Of a stretch of DNA of 64,000 bases, positions 9,728-18,399 are shown piece after piece; the stretch's first letter is position 1, and each line of letters starts with the position of its first letter. A program made the position numbers and the translations under genes. Source of the stretch: Clostridia bacterium (lineage in GTDB: Bacteria > Bacillota > Clostridia > HGM11514); NCBI GenBank assembly GCA_045586685.1, contig JAZNAU010000009.1, forward strand, positions 38,635-102,634, given 5' to 3'. The notes beneath the pieces were generated by a model, which was not told the origin of the DNA, searched no databases, and worked only from the letters and a program-made list of their open reading frames with translations.

Positions 9728-10606
9728 ATGATTGTAAATAAACAGAATAATTATAGTTTATATAGTAATCCCGATACAAATCTATTATCCAATCAAATTT
9801 GTTTCTCTCTGTTTGAGCATACTTACTTTGAATGTTCAAAAGAGGTTACCACCGTTCACAGCAACAAACGATTTAACAATACTAATTTAATTTATTATAT
9901 CATCGAAGGTGGCGGAACCATCCTATTGTCGGATCGAAAAATTCCTATTGTTCCCGGAAAAATTTATTTTTTCCCCTGTGTAAAACCCGAAAATTACACC
10001 TCTGTAGTTCAACCGGATACAAAAAAAGTACAGATTCAATTTCAATGCAATCTGTACAGTAATCAGGATATTTTCGCTGATGTGCTTTATCCCCAATGTC
10101 TGGAGGATACTCACCATCTGATTCCTATTATAAAAGAAACGGTTCTTTCAAAAAACCCAGGAACACAAGTCCTGCTTTCTCCTTTGATTCAGTTAAGTAT
10201 TGCTCCCTTATTTAAGCTAGTCGAGCAATCCTTAAGCGAGCAACTGATAAAAGGAAAAAAATACAGTACTCTCTTTGACTATATTAACCATAATTTATAC
10301 ATTGACCTGACCACAGAAAAATTGGCTAAGGAAACCGGTTTTTCTGTTTACTCCCTGACTCATACCATTCCAAAAGAAATGGGATTTACCTTTAAAAAGT
10401 ACATTACAAACAGAATTTTACGGTTGGTTTGCTTAGATTTAATTTATACAGAAACCTTAATCCGCAACATCGCTTTTAAGTACCACTTCTCTACCGAAGG
10501 ATATTTTTCAGATTGGTTTTTCAAATTAACCGAAAAGCGCCCCAAGGAATATCGTCAAAAATTCCGTTCTGCAGGGAATTACAGTTTTTATCAAAATCAT
10601 ATTTAA
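9728..10606 (+). CDS. AraC-family transcriptional regulator
   Basis: Cupin-like N-terminus and C-terminal IAFKYHF...YFSDWFFK...PKEYR double HTH; ATG 9728 after AAGGAAG. Confidence 0.8.
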   Translation: MIVNKQNNYSLYSNPDTNLLSNQICFSLFEHTYFECSKEVTTVHSNKRFNNTNLIYYIIEGGGTILLSDRKIPIVPGKIYFFPCVKPENYTSVVQPDTKKVQIQFQCNLYSNQDIFADVLYPQCLEDTHHLIPIIKETVLSKNPGTQVLLSPLIQLSIAPLFKLVEQSLSEQLIKGKKYSTLFDYINHNLYIDLTTEKLAKETGFSVYSLTHTIPKEMGFTFKKYITNRILRLVCLDLIYTETLIRNIAFKYHFSTEGYFSDWFFKLTEKRPKEYRQKFRSAGNYSFYQNHI

Positions 10607-10697
10607 CGATTGAACATTTAGATTTTTAAGGTAACCGATTTTTGAGAAGTTTTACTAATAAATTAAGCAGAACCATAGAGATATTTAATTTATAATA

Positions 10698-10891
10698 ATT
10701 TGACAACTTCGTTGTCATGAATTGGTTTTACCATGAATTGTTGCTGTCGCAACATGAATTGAATTGCCTTAATGCACCCTAAGGTGCAATTCATGAGCCG
10801 TAGGCTTAATTCATGAAATCGCAGATTTCAATTCGTGCCGTCAGGCAATTTATTGAAAAAGCGACTTGTCAAAACAAGCCGCTTTTTCTGG
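10698..10891. repeat. Heptamer/mini-hairpin element, copy 1
   Basis: Direct repeat of 14334-14511 with 4 substitutions plus one extra 16-nt module. Confidence 0.95.
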
Positions 10892-10905
10892 AAGAACCCA
10901 ATGGT

Positions 10906-12345
10906 TTAGATGCCACAATTTATTAAGTAATTATGTTTCATCGGTCCCGAGCCATTTCCCAAATCAAGACCTTCTAAAAGTGCATATGATATATATTCTT
11001 TCGCTCTTTTAACCGAGTCTTTGAGGTTAAGTCCTTTTGCAAGATTTGATGCTATTGCACTGGAAAGAGTGCATCCGGTTCCATGTGTGTTTGGGTTATC
11101 AATCCTTTTTCCATCGAACCATACAAACTTACCACTTTCATACAAAAGATCATTTGCATCATTTATACTATGCCCACCTTTCAACAAAACGCAGCACCCA
11201 TAGTTTTTCTCAATGAATTCTGCTGCTTTTATCATATCGTCATTACTCTTGATTTTCATATCTGATAAAATTTCCGCCTCAGGAATATTGGGTGTCACAA
11301 CAGTTGCAATGGGTAAGAGTTTTTGAGTTAATGTTTTTACGGCATCTGTCTTCATAAGAGTTGAGCCGCTTGTTGCAACCATAACCGGATCTACAACAAT
11401 ATTCTTTGCATTATAAAATTTAAGTCTATCTACAATTACTTTAATAAGTTCGCTTGAGGATACCATCCCGATTTTTACACTATCGGGAAATATATCTTGA
11501 AATACTGCATCAATTTGTTCTTTTAAAAATTCGGGAGTAGTTTCCTCAATCGCTCTTACTCCAAGTGTATTTTGAGCTGTAAGTGCAGTAATGGCACTCA
11601 TAGCATAAACACCATTCATTGTCATAGTTTTGATATCTGCCTGAATACCTGCACCACCACTTGAATCACTGCCGGCAATAGTTAATACCGTTTTCATTTT
11701 GGTGGCAAAGCAGAAGCTTCCGAAATCCTTTATGTAATAATCTGAAATTTCTTTCATCTGCTCTTGACTTAGTTCGTGTTCATCATAAACTGCCGCAACC
11801 TTAAATCCATCATCTTTAGCAGTTTTAAGTGCATGAACCACATCTTCAAAAACTACAGTTTCTGTTTTTTCTGTACCAAGATATTCAAGTGCTTTACGAT
11901 AAATATGAGATGTGGTTTTGTCATAACCTACTTCTGCACAGGAGAATATTTCAGAAAAGTATTCCAGAACCCCCAATCGTTTTAACACATCTTCTGCAAT
12001 AGCTCTGTCCGTCACAGTTGCAACACACATTTTTACACCTTTATAATGTAACCTTTTTAGAAAATCTTTCACACCTGATTTCAACGTTACCTTTGTCCGA
12101 TAAATTTCAGCCACCATATTATTTATATCGTTAACAATTTCTTGGGCAGAAAGATTAACACCATAATGCTCGCGATAATATTCTGCGGCTTGCTGGAGTG
12201 TAAATGTTTTAAATGCTTCTGCAAGGTTTTCTTTGGGTTCTTTCCCAAGTGTTCTTAAATAATCCTCGCCAAACGTGTCCCATATCCACATAGAATCTAT
12301 AATTGTTCCGTCTAAATCAAATATTGCACCCTTAAACACCTTCAA
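10906..12345 (-). CDS. thiD: HAD phosphatase fused to hydroxymethylpyrimidine/phosphomethylpyrimidine kinase ThiD
   Basis: N-terminal FDLDGT...VFED HAD domain in frame with TIAGSDSSGGAGIQAD...HGTGCTLSSA. Confidence 0.92.
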   Translation of the reverse strand: MKVFKGAIFDLDGTIIDSMWIWDTFGEDYLRTLGKEPKENLAEAFKTFTLQQAAEYYREHYGVNLSAQEIVNDINNMVAEIYRTKVTLKSGVKDFLKRLHYKGVKMCVATVTDRAIAEDVLKRLGVLEYFSEIFSCAEVGYDKTTSHIYRKALEYLGTEKTETVVFEDVVHALKTAKDDGFKVAAVYDEHELSQEQMKEISDYYIKDFGSFCFATKMKTVLTIAGSDSSGGAGIQADIKTMTMNGVYAMSAITALTAQNTLGVRAIEETTPEFLKEQIDAVFQDIFPDSVKIGMVSSSELIKVIVDRLKFYNAKNIVVDPVMVATSGSTLMKTDAVKTLTQKLLPIATVVTPNIPEAEILSDMKIKSNDDMIKAAEFIEKNYGCCVLLKGGHSINDANDLLYESGKFVWFDGKRIDNPNTHGTGCTLSSAIASNLAKGLNLKDSVKRAKEYISYALLEGLDLGNGSGPMKHNYLINCGI

Positions 12346-12976
12346 CCACCTGCTTTGTTAATTCTTTTAATTCCGATGTAGCTTTTTGAATATTGTCTGC
12401 AGCAAAAATTGCACTGATAACTGCAACTCCATCTATTCCGCTTCCACTGAGTTGCAAAACATTGCCTGCTCCAATGCCACCAATGGCAACCACAGGAATG
12501 CTTACAGCCTCGCATATTGCTTTAAGTGTTTCATAGCTTACATCATCGGCATCTGCTTTTGAGGCTGTACTAAACACAGCCCCTACACCTAAATAATCAG
12601 CGCCCATTTTTTCAGCAAGCAAAGCTTGTTCTACCGTTTGTGCGGATACGCCAAGAATTTTATTATCTCCAATGCTATCTCTGACCAATCCTGCTTCCAT
12701 ATCCTTTTGCCCTACATGAATCCCATCTGCATTTGCCTTGACAGCAATATCTACATTGTCATTGATAACAAAAGGAACATTATACTTTCTACAAAGTTCT
12801 TTTATTTCAAAAGCCTCTTTGAGAAATGCTTCATCATCTAATTCCTTTTCTCGAAGTTGAATAAAAGTTGCTCCGCCCCTAAGTGCTTCTTCTACTTGCT
12901 GATAAAGAGTTCTGTTTCCAATCCATGTACAGTCGGTAACAGCATATAAAAGTAAATCTTTTTTATCTAACTTCAT
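12332..12976 (-). CDS. thiE: Thiamine-phosphate synthase
   Basis: LYAVTD, QLREK, INDNVD, GIHVGQKD and AIGGI motifs. Confidence 0.95.
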   Translation of the reverse strand: MKLDKKDLLLYAVTDCTWIGNRTLYQQVEEALRGGATFIQLREKELDDEAFLKEAFEIKELCRKYNVPFVINDNVDIAVKANADGIHVGQKDMEAGLVRDSIGDNKILGVSAQTVEQALLAEKMGADYLGVGAVFSTASKADADDVSYETLKAICEAVSIPVVAIGGIGAGNVLQLSGSGIDGVAVISAIFAADNIQKATSELKELTKQVVEGV

Positions 12977-13784
12977 ATTTCGCTCCTTTGTTTAACATAT
13001 CTGCATCCATATTATAAATTGCATCAATTATGCGATTTCTCAAAGTGGAGTTTCCTTCTCCTGTCTTTAAATCTGTATAACCAATTTCACCTGCAAGTCC
13101 CATCATACAAACTGCTGCTGCAACTGCTTTTGTTTTGTCATTGGGATTGGCTACAGCGAAAGCTGTTGCCAGTGCTGAAAGCTGACAACCTGTACCTGTA
13201 ATTTTACTCATTTCAGGTCTGCCGTTACGGATAACATAGCATTTTTCACTATCTGCCACAAGGTCAATTGCACCTGTAATTGCTATAACAGCATTTGCTT
13301 TTTGAGAAAAATTTTTCGCAAAAGCTACCATGTCATCAAGATTATCTTCTGTTACTGTGTCAGCTGTATCTGCATCAACACCCTTTGTCGTTCCGCATCC
13401 AAGTGCTAAAGTTTTAATCTCTGAAATATTCCCACGAATAACATCAAACTTAATTGTATTCATAAGTTTAATTGCTGTATCTGTGCGAAGTTTACTTGCA
13501 CCGGCTCCTACAGGATCAAGTAAAACTATATGGCCGACTTCATTCGCTTTTACACCTGCAATAAACATTCCCTCAATACTTCTTTGGTTCAAAGTACCGA
13601 TGTTGATATTAAGCCCTCCACAAATCGATGTAATATCGGCTACATCCTCCGGTTCGTCCGACATAATCGGGCTACTTCCACAAGCAAGCAAGACATTTGC
13701 TACATCATTTACCGTAACATAGTTTGTGATGTTATGCACAAGCGGTGCTTTTCTCCTTACATTTTCCATACAGTTTCCTAACAT
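12963..13784 (-). CDS. thiM: Hydroxyethylthiazole kinase
   Basis: PLVHNITNYV, LDPVGAG, RGNISEI and ITGTGC motifs. Confidence 0.95.
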   Translation of the reverse strand: MLGNCMENVRRKAPLVHNITNYVTVNDVANVLLACGSSPIMSDEPEDVADITSICGGLNINIGTLNQRSIEGMFIAGVKANEVGHIVLLDPVGAGASKLRTDTAIKLMNTIKFDVIRGNISEIKTLALGCGTTKGVDADTADTVTEDNLDDMVAFAKNFSQKANAVIAITGAIDLVADSEKCYVIRNGRPEMSKITGTGCQLSALATAFAVANPNDKTKAVAAAVCMMGLAGEIGYTDLKTGEGNSTLRNRIIDAIYNMDADMLNKGAKYEVR

Positions 13785-13848
13785 TTTTTACCTCTTTCTG
13801 CCGCAATTTATCGGCTGTTTATTAACTTAATAACAAACCTTGCCAAAC

Positions 13849-13879
13849 AAAAAAGGAAGCTACCGATTTGGTAACTTCC
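13849..13879 (-). terminator. Expression-platform terminator of the TPP riboswitch
   Basis: GGAAGTTACC-aaatc-GGTAGCTTCC followed by T6, between aptamer and thiM. Confidence 0.8.
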
Positions 13880-13914
13880 TAAAAAGTTCTTTGTTCCTCC
13901 TAACACTATGTATC

Positions 13915-14005
13915 AGGCATCCCTACGTTGGCATTATCCAAATCAGGTTCTCGGTCGAAGGTCATACCTTCCTCTCAGCCTGTAATACAAGCTCCCGTTT
14001 ATTAA
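13915..14005 (-). ncRNA. TPP riboswitch
   Basis: Minus strand GGGAGC...GCTGAGAG...GAACCTGAT..GGATAATGCCA.CGTAGGGA upstream of thiM. Confidence 0.95.
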
Positions 14006-14015
14006 GTTTAAACAT

Positions 14016-14044
14016 ATTATATCACTTTTCAAAGTATATTTCAA
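14016..14044 (-). promoter_or_regulatory. Sigma-A promoter of the thi operon
   Basis: TTGAAA-17-TATAAT with extended TG just upstream of the riboswitch. Confidence 0.75.
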
Positions 14045-14119
14045 TAGATTTTGATAAATTATTTTAAAGAATATAAAAACTGAATAATTAGATGTGTCAT
14101 CTAAATCATTCGGTTTCTA

Positions 14120-14296
14120 TGGTTCCCCCTGTTGGACTCAAACCAGACACGTTTGCAACCTCAATTCAATTTCTCCAACCCGGCGGCTCATTTCATCGTG
14201 TTGTGGCACAGCCCTACGCCGTCGTTGGTTCTTCCGCCGGCAGCACTCCGGCTCGGTCCTCTTTGGTTAACGCCGCATATGCGGCTGTTTACCCTT
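14120..14296 (-). other. GC-rich structured segment ending in a degenerate tRNA-like 3' end
   Basis: Minus strand ends CTGGTTTGAGTCCAACAGGGGGAACCA and is followed by a long hairpin with T tail (about 14075-14117). Confidence 0.5.
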
Positions 14297-14333
14297 AATA
14301 ATAGTTGGCTTTTGGCTACATAATATTTTAATG

Positions 14334-14511
14334 ATTTGACAACTTCGTTGTCATGAATTGTTGCTGTCTCAACATGAATTGAATTGCCTTAATGCACCCT
14401 AAGGTGCAATTCATGAGCCGTAGGCTTAATTCATGAAATGGCAGATTTCAATTCGTGCCGTCAGGCAATTCATTGAAAAAGCGACTTGTCAAAACAAGTC
14501 GCTTTTTCTGG
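14334..14511. repeat. Heptamer/mini-hairpin element, copy 2, abutting the tRNA-Ile2 CCA
   Basis: Direct repeat of 10698-10891. Confidence 0.95.
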
Positions 14512-14585
14512 TGGGCCTTCAGGGATTCGAACCCGGGACCAACCGGTTATGAGCCGGTTGCTCTGACCAACTGAGCTAAAGGCCC
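14509..14585 (-). tRNA. tRNA-Ile2 (CAT anticodon, lysidine type)
   Basis: GGGCCTTTAGCTCAGTTGG...ACCGG-CTCATAA-CCGGT...GGTTCGAATCC...GGCCCACCA; body matches the Firmicute Ile2 pattern rather than Met. Confidence 0.9.
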
Positions 14586-14605
14586 GTTTCACAAATAACA
14601 TTATA

Positions 14606-14634
14606 ATTATACACGATTTTTCCTTATTTGTCAA
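14606..14634 (-). promoter_or_regulatory. Sigma-A promoter of tRNA-Ile2
   Basis: Perfect TTGACA-17-TATAAT. Confidence 0.8.
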
Positions 14635-14702
14635 TAGCTAAATTATACGAAAAAGGCAATTTCCAAGACGATTTTTAAGCCCCGTCTTTTCCCTAAGAAT
14701 AT

Positions 14703-14737
14703 AAAAAAGACACTAACCAATGGTTGATGTCTTTTTT
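14703..14737 (-). terminator. Terminator after tRNA-Leu
   Basis: AAAAAAGACA...TGTCTTTTTT inverted repeat immediately after the CCA. Confidence 0.7.
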
Positions 14738-14738
14738 C

Positions 14739-14825
14739 TGGTGCAGAAGACGGGACTTGAACCCGTACGACCAAACGGTCACTACCCCCTCAAAGTAGCG
14801 TGTCTGCCAATTCCACCACTCCTGC
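14739..14825 (-). tRNA. tRNA-Leu (GAG)
   Basis: 87 nt with long variable arm, anticodon loop TTGAGGG, GGTTCAAGTCC and CCA end. Confidence 0.95.
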
Positions 14826-14838
14826 ATACAACAGAAAT

Positions 14839-14867
14839 AGTATATCAGCATTTTATCCATTTGTCAA
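14839..14867 (-). promoter_or_regulatory. Sigma-A promoter of tRNA-Leu
   Basis: TTGACA-17-TATACT. Confidence 0.75.
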
Positions 14868-14934
14868 GTCCCTTTTTTAATTTTCATCAATTTTTTATGC
14901 CTGTCTTTTCCGTTATGTAACCTTGATTGCATCT

Positions 14935-17900
14935 TTATTCCCCATCACTAAACTGCAATTCAAAAATTCGTTGCAATACAACCTTGATGTTGGAAAGAAT
15001 TCTATCCGCATCCTGTACCGCTGCTTTTCTAAAGGTAAGACAAGGCTTATTCCCAGCTGAGAACAGTAATTTATATTCTGCAATCACCTGACTAAGTGAT
15101 TTCATAAGATCGGGGGAAATTTCTTGCCAGTAAAAATTCAAATTTTCTCCAACCTGACGAATTTCCGTTATCCCCACCTTACCCGCAGTATTTTTCACCA
15201 GTGCAACCTCCAGCAAATTCAAGACACATGCAGGGGTATCCCCAAAACGGTCACACAGTTCATCTGCTACCTCATTATATTCTTCACGGGTTGCAATTTT
15301 TGCAATTCTGCGATACAAATCCATTCTTGTCTGTTCACCGGAAACATAGGTTTTGGGAAGATATGCATCAATCTGCAAATCAATCTGCACCTCGGTTATT
15401 TCGTTCTCAATCATTTCGCCGTTTCTGCGACGGACTTCTTCTTCCAGCATATCACAGTACAGCTCATAACCTACCTGATCCATATGCCCATGTTGCTCCG
15501 CACCCAACACGTTCCCCGCTCCTCTAATTTCCAAATCACGCAAAGCAATTTTAAAGCCGGACCCGAACTCTGTAAAATCACGCAATGCAATCAGCCGTTT
15601 CTGAGCCGCATCATCCAGCACCTTATCCTTTTGATACATTAGATAAGCATACGCCATTTTATCCGACCGCCCTACCCGTCCTCTTAGCTGATATAGCTGA
15701 GAAAGACCAAGACAATCCGCATTTTCAATTAAAATGGTGTTCACATTGGGAATATCAAGACCTGTTTCAATAATGGTAGTACAAACCAGTACATCAATCT
15801 CCCCTTCCGATACCGCCAGCATAATTTTTTCCAACTGTCCTTCCTTCATTTTTCCGTGAGCGAATTCCACACGGGCAGAAGGAACCATTTTGCTGATTTT
15901 ATGGGCAAGCGAAGAAATCCCCTCCACACGATTATACAAATAATACACCTGTCCGCCGCGGGACAATTCGCGAACAATGGCATCCTGTATCACCGAATCA
16001 TTATGCTCCATCACATATGTCCGTACAGGATAGCGGTCTCTTGGGGGTGTGGAAATGACACTGATATCCCGAATTCCAATCATAGACATATGTAGAGTTC
16101 TGGGAATGGGGGTTGCGGTCATGGTAAGCACATCTACATCCTGTTTCATTTCCTTTAGCCGTTCCTTGTGGGCAACTCCAAACCGTTGCTCCTCATCCAC
16201 AATCAAAAGTCCTAAAGAGGGAAATTTCAAATCCTTCTGCAAAATCCGATGTGTGCCAATAATAATATCAATCTGTCCTCGTTCCAGCCGTTCTAAAATC
16301 TCCCGTTGTTCTTTTGCAGTACGGAATCTTGACAGCATTTCTACGCGAATCGCAAAGGGTTCCATCCGCTTTTTAAAATTCTGATAATGCTGTAATGCCA
16401 AAATGGTAGTAGGTGCCAGATATGCCACCTGCTTATTATCCATAACACATTTGAAAGCAGCACGAATGGCAACCTCTGTTTTGCCGTAACCCACATCACC
16501 GCACAAAAGACGATCCATAGGAATAGGCCGTTCCATATCTTTTTTCACATCATCAATACACTTGATCTGATCCTCCGTTTCCGTATAGGGAAAGGCTTCC
16601 TCAAATTCTTGTTGCCAAGAAGTGTCCTCAGAAAAGGAATATCCTTCTATATTCTGTCGGGCGGCATAAAGGCGAATGAGTCCGTCCGCCAGATCCGCAC
16701 AACTTGCACGGACACGGCTTTTTGTATTATTCCATTCTTTTCCGCCCAGCTTATTCACCTTAAGAGAGGTTTTGGCTCCTACATATTTATGGAGCAAATC
16801 CAGTTGGGTTGCAGGAACATACAGCATATCCGTTCCGCCATAGCGAATTTTAAGATAATCCTTTGTCACACCGCCTGCCGTCACAAGTTCCTGACCTAAA
16901 TACTGACCGATTCCGTGATTGACATGAACCACATAATCTCCTGCATTTAAATCGGTAGCAACATTGAGAATCTTTTGCTGGTCTTTGGACTTTCGTCTCT
17001 TTTTTTCTTGCTTTTTCTTGTTGATATCGCGGTCACTGATGACCGCCAGCCCAATGGAAGGATACTCAAATCCACCGCTCAGGCTTCCCGTTGTGACAGA
17101 AAGAGAAACTGGCTCGCTCTGTGGATTTTCGTCAAAAACAGCAGGCAACCCGTCTTGTTGAAGATGATCAGACAAAATCATTCCGCGGCTTCTGCTTCCT
17201 GCCAATATTATAACACGATACCCCTGTTCCTGGTACAGTTGTAAATCTGCCGTCAACAGCGTCATGTTCCCATTGTATGTACTTTGATTTTTACATTCCA
17301 GCGTTACTAACTTTTTATAAGAAATTCCTGTGTTACTCTGCAGTAAGGGGCAAAAGCTCATGACCGTATTCCCCTTTAACCGATGAATCAATCCCTCGTA
17401 TTCCAATGAATAATCTCCATCAACACCGCCCAAACTTCCTTGCTCCATCATAACAGAAACCGTTTGATGAACCTCCCACGACGCATTTTCCGCTTTTTCC
17501 CGCAATAATGCAGGGTCATCAAGAAGAACAAGAGCATCACGGTCAAAATAATCCGTCAGCAAGGGTAACTTATCATAAAACAAGGGTAGATATTTATCAT
17601 CAGATGGAAAATAACCAATTTCTCGCAGTCGTTCTGCATCCTTGGGACAAAACGGTTCTATTTTCGTTGCTACCTGTGCCCCCCGTTCCTTTGTATACAG
17701 CACCTCACGGGCAGGAGGAATGGTCACAGAAGAAATCCGTTCTACAGAAAGCTGAGTAAATACATCAAAGGTCCGCACTGTATCCACTTCATCACCAAAC
17801 AGTTCAATCCGCACAGGTTGTTCCAAATGAATCGGAAAAACATCCAAAATACCGCCTCTTAAGGCAAACTGGCCCTGTCCCTCTACTGTTTCGAAACGGC

Positions 17901-18381
17901 TATAGCCTGCACTGACCAGTTTTGCAAGAACATGGTCAATGTCCACTTCATCCGCCTCAGAAATCGTCAGGGTATATTCTTTTAAATGAGCAGGTGACAG
18001 CACCGGTTCACATACTGCCGAAACGGGAGCGACTACAATTCCGCCCTCACGAGAGATTCGTTCCAAAACAGAGATTCTTGCAGCAGTTGTTTCACGGCTG
18101 ACTGTATCCATATCATAAAACACAAATTCCCGACCTGAAAACAAAAACACTCTCCGGTCCAGAAAAAAGCTCAAATCACGATACCACATTCTGGCTGATT
18201 CTTCATTGGGTGCAATCACCAGACAGTTTTTCTGATTGGTATCCTGCAACAAAGAAAACAGAACATGGGCACGGCCCGTACCGGATAAGCCGCTGACACA
18301 GACACATTCCTTATTTTCCAAACTATTTCGGATTTCCTTGTATCCTTCTAAGCAATCCAGCAATCCATCAAACCGTGGCAT
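14935..18381 (-). CDS. mfd: Transcription-repair coupling factor
   Basis: UvrB-like N-terminus, CarD-like VVHVNHGIG, CGDVGYGKTE, DEEQRFG, QLRGRVGR and TRCF C-terminus. Confidence 0.97.
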   Translation of the reverse strand: MPRFDGLLDCLEGYKEIRNSLENKECVCVSGLSGTGRAHVLFSLLQDTNQKNCLVIAPNEESARMWYRDLSFFLDRRVFLFSGREFVFYDMDTVSRETTAARISVLERISREGGIVVAPVSAVCEPVLSPAHLKEYTLTISEADEVDIDHVLAKLVSAGYSRFETVEGQGQFALRGGILDVFPIHLEQPVRIELFGDEVDTVRTFDVFTQLSVERISSVTIPPAREVLYTKERGAQVATKIEPFCPKDAERLREIGYFPSDDKYLPLFYDKLPLLTDYFDRDALVLLDDPALLREKAENASWEVHQTVSVMMEQGSLGGVDGDYSLEYEGLIHRLKGNTVMSFCPLLQSNTGISYKKLVTLECKNQSTYNGNMTLLTADLQLYQEQGYRVIILAGSRSRGMILSDHLQQDGLPAVFDENPQSEPVSLSVTTGSLSGGFEYPSIGLAVISDRDINKKKQEKKRRKSKDQQKILNVATDLNAGDYVVHVNHGIGQYLGQELVTAGGVTKDYLKIRYGGTDMLYVPATQLDLLHKYVGAKTSLKVNKLGGKEWNNTKSRVRASCADLADGLIRLYAARQNIEGYSFSEDTSWQQEFEEAFPYTETEDQIKCIDDVKKDMERPIPMDRLLCGDVGYGKTEVAIRAAFKCVMDNKQVAYLAPTTILALQHYQNFKKRMEPFAIRVEMLSRFRTAKEQREILERLERGQIDIIIGTHRILQKDLKFPSLGLLIVDEEQRFGVAHKERLKEMKQDVDVLTMTATPIPRTLHMSMIGIRDISVISTPPRDRYPVRTYVMEHNDSVIQDAIVRELSRGGQVYYLYNRVEGISSLAHKISKMVPSARVEFAHGKMKEGQLEKIMLAVSEGEIDVLVCTTIIETGLDIPNVNTILIENADCLGLSQLYQLRGRVGRSDKMAYAYLMYQKDKVLDDAAQKRLIALRDFTEFGSGFKIALRDLEIRGAGNVLGAEQHGHMDQVGYELYCDMLEEEVRRRNGEMIENEITEVQIDLQIDAYLPKTYVSGEQTRMDLYRRIAKIATREEYNEVADELCDRFGDTPACVLNLLEVALVKNTAGKVGITEIRQVGENLNFYWQEISPDLMKSLSQVIAEYKLLFSAGNKPCLTFRKAAVQDADRILSNIKVVLQRIFELQFSDGE

Positions 18382-18399
18382 ATTCTGCTCTCCCTTCCG

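Noticed and set aside
10698-10891. CRISPR array interpretation of the repeat-spacer pattern
   Set aside because: The constant unit is only 7 nt, spacers are short self-complementary stems, orientation flips midway, and there are no cas genes
14092-14323. Short plus-strand ORFs, and a tmRNA or intact tRNA call for the GC-rich segment
   Set aside because: ORFs lack RBS and recognisable motifs; no 5' acceptor strand, D-arm or tmRNA tag frame is visible
14509-14585. Calling this CAT tRNA a Met tRNA
   Set aside because: The body matches the Firmicute tRNA-Ile2 pattern rather than elongator or initiator Met
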